Source: an uncultured Spirochaetota bacterium
GTDB lineage: Bacteria; Spirochaetota; Brevinematia; Brevinematales; JAOACQ01
Direction of reading: 5' to 3'
Assembly (NCBI GenBank): GCA_963783575.1
Contig: CAWAOD010000009.1
Coordinates: 320,001-384,000 of the forward strand
DNA length: 64,000 bases
In this document: piece by piece, positions 61,781 to 64,000 of the stretch
Layout of the letters: each line of letters begins with the position of its first letter
Position numbering within the stretch: the first letter of the stretch is position 1
Program-made: the position numbers and the translations under genes
Notes under the pieces: generated by a model
What the model saw: the letters and a program-made list of their open reading frames with translations, nothing else
Told to the model about the DNA's origin: nothing
Databases searched by the model: none

Positions 61781-62041
61781 ACTAGGGGGCCGCTCGAGAG
61801 GGCGGGTCATTAACGGGAAGAGCGCTGCGAAAGAAAGTAACTTTTGCAGCCCTTCGTAACTCACGTCCTGTTCGAACAGATCTACGGGCACGCGCGAGTC
61901 CTATCGCGCTCGCAAAAGTGACTTTCTTTCTCCGCTGTGCTTTCCCGTGAATCTAGTAAAGAAAGAACAGCCGGGAAATTAGTTTATGATTAATAATAAT
62001 CTGAAATTGACAGTTCTTTTTGGTTATTAGCCGGCTGTTCT
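61781..62041 (+). ncRNA. Candidate structured RNA/DNA element B
   Basis: ccgctc-GAGA-gggcgg; long stem 61813-61847 / 61912-61948 with two internal hairpins; 11-bp IR agaacagccgg/ccggctgttct (61964-62041). Confidence 0.5.
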
Positions 62042-62102
62042 GAATATTTACAAAAGTCCCCTGTTTGTGGAAGAGAGGTTATATCTGTTTACAAAATGAT
62101 TC

Positions 62103-62132
62103 TTGACAATCAATAAATTAAAATGCTATAAT
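62103..62132 (+). promoter_or_regulatory. Consensus sigma70 promoter facing the cassette (Pc-like)
   Basis: TTGACA-18 nt-TATAAT with extended -10 TG (tgctataat). Confidence 0.75.
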
Positions 62133-62234
62133 AAAAATATTTATGTCCGTTGACCGGCAGAATATTTTTTTATAATATTACTAAGTTTTTTAATAAGTTC
62201 GTATTTTACAAGTATTTTGAAGTAATATATGAAG

Positions 62235-62292
62235 TGCGCATATCACTCCGAAATTAGAGTAATATACGCAATGCGTATATATCGAGTTGTAC
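62235..62292 (+). other. attI-like recombination site
   Basis: Three TGCGYATAT boxes (62235 +, 62262 -, 62272 +), then 5 nt and GTTGTAC (62286). Spacing matches the attC right end gtgtacgc-ctgcc-GTT. Confidence 0.6.
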
Positions 62293-62331
62293 GAAAGAAA
62301 TGCCCAGTAAGTTTATTTTTTGGAGAGTGTT

Positions 62332-63735
62332 ATGAATAAAATAATTATTTTATTATTAGTAATATTGTTTAATATCTTTTTATCTAACAATTTATATTGT
62401 AATTGGTCTCCAGTTGATGGTTCGTCATTAAAACAACCAAGAACAATGCAGCTAATTAATAATAAGTCTATATTTATTGAAAATGAAACAATTTCAATAA
62501 AAATTGAAAAAGAAAGTGCTTTTGTTAGTGTATTATATAAATTAAAAAATACAATAAATAAACAGGATGTTAATGTCAGTTTCCCAGTTGAATATTTATT
62601 AGAACCATATTTTGATGAGTTTAATAATAGTAATAAGGTTGACTATTTCAACGCTTATGAAAAAAGTGCTGATAACTATCAAAAAATAGTTTGCAATGAA
62701 TTATCAATAACAAATAATTTTAATAAAGATAGAGATGAATATAATATAACTCGATGGTATAATGCAAAGCTCAATTTTGTAAAAAATGAACTTAAAGAAA
62801 TTAAAGTTGAATACAAGATGAGTCTCGGTTTTGGAGATGGTATATCAACAATAGATTATTTTGTTAGATATTCACCAAGGACTTTTAAATATTTATTAAC
62901 ACCTGCAAAAAATTGGGGAAATGGGTTAGCCAAACATATAGAAATTAATATGGATTTAAATGATTTAAAAACCAATAATTTAATACTAAATAATATAAAA
63001 TTTCCTGGAAGTAAAAATAAATTTGGAATTTTCCAGGGATTAATAAACATTATTTCCCCAAATAAAACATTAATTAACAATAAATATTATTATAGTTTTA
63101 AATCAGATAATTTCAATTTTAACAATGCAGAAAATATTGAATTGGAATTTGATGTGGGTTCAATTTATAATTCTCAAATAGCATTAAGTAATAGAATTTC
63201 TAATAATCAAATTATTTCAATGAAGTCTTCTTCTACTCTTATAGATAAAAAGTATAGTTATTCAGTTTCTAATTTAATTGATAATAATTTTTCTACTGCT
63301 TGGGTTGAAGGTTCTTCTGGCCAAGGAATCGGCGATTGGGTTGAGTTCACATTTGATAATCCGAAAATAGGTTATATTGGAATTATCAATGGCCTTTTTA
63401 TAAATGAAAAGCTATATTATGCCAACAGTAGAATAAAAAAATTAAATTATTATGTAGAATATAATACAAATTATAATGATCCAAATAACATAACTTTTCA
63501 ACAGCAATATTTAACATATCATACTAATAATTATGAATCTTATGACATTAACTTTGAAGATAAACCTTATTTTAATATTTCTAAGTCAAATTTTTATAGA
63601 GTATTAGAAAGAGTATATGAAAACCCAGATTCTCCATTTCCAATTAAAAAATTTAGATTAACAATAAAAGATGTTTATCCTGGAAAAAGTTATAAAGATA
63701 CCTGTATTTCAGAAATATATTTTTTAAGCAATTAA
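62332..63735 (+). CDS. Cassette-borne exported protein: DUF4424-like N-terminus plus NADase-type glycan-binding (discoidin-like) domain
   Basis: Signal peptide; TAWVEGSSGQGIGDWVEF, NSRIKKL, VYPGKSYKDTCISEI; visibly more AT-rich than neighbours; RBS ggag before ATG 62332. Confidence 0.75.
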   Translation: MNKIIILLLVILFNIFLSNNLYCNWSPVDGSSLKQPRTMQLINNKSIFIENETISIKIEKESAFVSVLYKLKNTINKQDVNVSFPVEYLLEPYFDEFNNSNKVDYFNAYEKSADNYQKIVCNELSITNNFNKDRDEYNITRWYNAKLNFVKNELKEIKVEYKMSLGFGDGISTIDYFVRYSPRTFKYLLTPAKNWGNGLAKHIEINMDLNDLKTNNLILNNIKFPGSKNKFGIFQGLINIISPNKTLINNKYYYSFKSDNFNFNNAENIELEFDVGSIYNSQIALSNRISNNQIISMKSSSTLIDKKYSYSVSNLIDNNFSTAWVEGSSGQGIGDWVEFTFDNPKIGYIGIINGLFINEKLYYANSRIKKLNYYVEYNTNYNDPNNITFQQQYLTYHTNNYESYDINFEDKPYFNISKSNFYRVLERVYENPDSPFPIKKFRLTIKDVYPGKSYKDTCISEIYFLSN

Positions 63736-63759
63736 GTAAAACAACTGGGCGTTTCCTTC

Positions 63760-63983
63760 GTACAACATGGCGTACACGTTCCGCTCCGTCCTCACTAGCG
63801 TTCCGGGCGGTGCTCAGGCTTCGCCACATTTCGCTTTGGCACGGATTTTTGCCTGAAATTTATTAAAGAGGGAATATGATGTTTAATAATGACTGTATTT
63901 ATAGAAAAACTTTACGGCAAAGTGGCAAAAACACGTGCCAACCCTGACGGGCCGCGAAACGTCGTGTACGCCTGCCGTTATAT
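63760..63983 (+). other. attC-like site (~224 bp)
   Basis: R'' gtacaac (63760-66), ggcgtacac (63769-77) / gtgtacgcc (63964-72), R' gttatat (63977-83); nested stems ttggcacg/cgtgccaa and tttttgcc/ggcaaaaa. Confidence 0.75.
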
Positions 63984-64000
63984 GCAATGCCTTAAATTTT

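Noticed and set aside
61753..61800. IscB omegaRNA/HEARO-like start (ggttgactag)
   Set aside because: No upstream complementary gtcaac arm and no IscB/TnpB ORF in the window; the similarity is too short.
61808..61953. attC site upstream of the promoter
   Set aside because: Ends are attaac...gtgaat rather than AAC...GTT, and the region next to the ends is fully paired, unlike the unpaired central spacer of attC.

Overview
AT-rich bacterial chromosomal window, most likely from a spirochaete. This is an inference from a FlaA periplasmic-flagellar sheath gene, a small spirochaete-type beta-barrel and lpxD. Most genes are housekeeping: rpmF-plsX-fabH-fabH-fabG-fabF-rnc-yicC-gmk, lpxD-rsmA, trpF, a PBP, rlmN, hinT-rpsU-yqeY-dapF and nadE-tsaD-dusB. 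The non-coding DNA is the most interesting part. (1) At the right end is an integron-like cassette platform: a consensus promoter, an attI-like site, a very AT-rich secreted-protein cassette with long complementary ends, an unusually long (~224 bp) attC-like site and the start of a second cassette. No integrase gene is present in the 62 kb upstream. (2) Two homologous, covarying, GC-rich structured elements lie at ~53.86-54.39 kb and ~61.78-62.04 kb. (3) Three IS1182-family insertions and a 149-bp MITE each sit inside small REP-like repeats of two different families. Six ORFs are interrupted (five frameshifts, one amber codon), which suggests residual sequencing errors as much as true pseudogenes. 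No rRNA, tRNA or CRISPR array was seen. Protein family calls come from motif recognition, not database searches.
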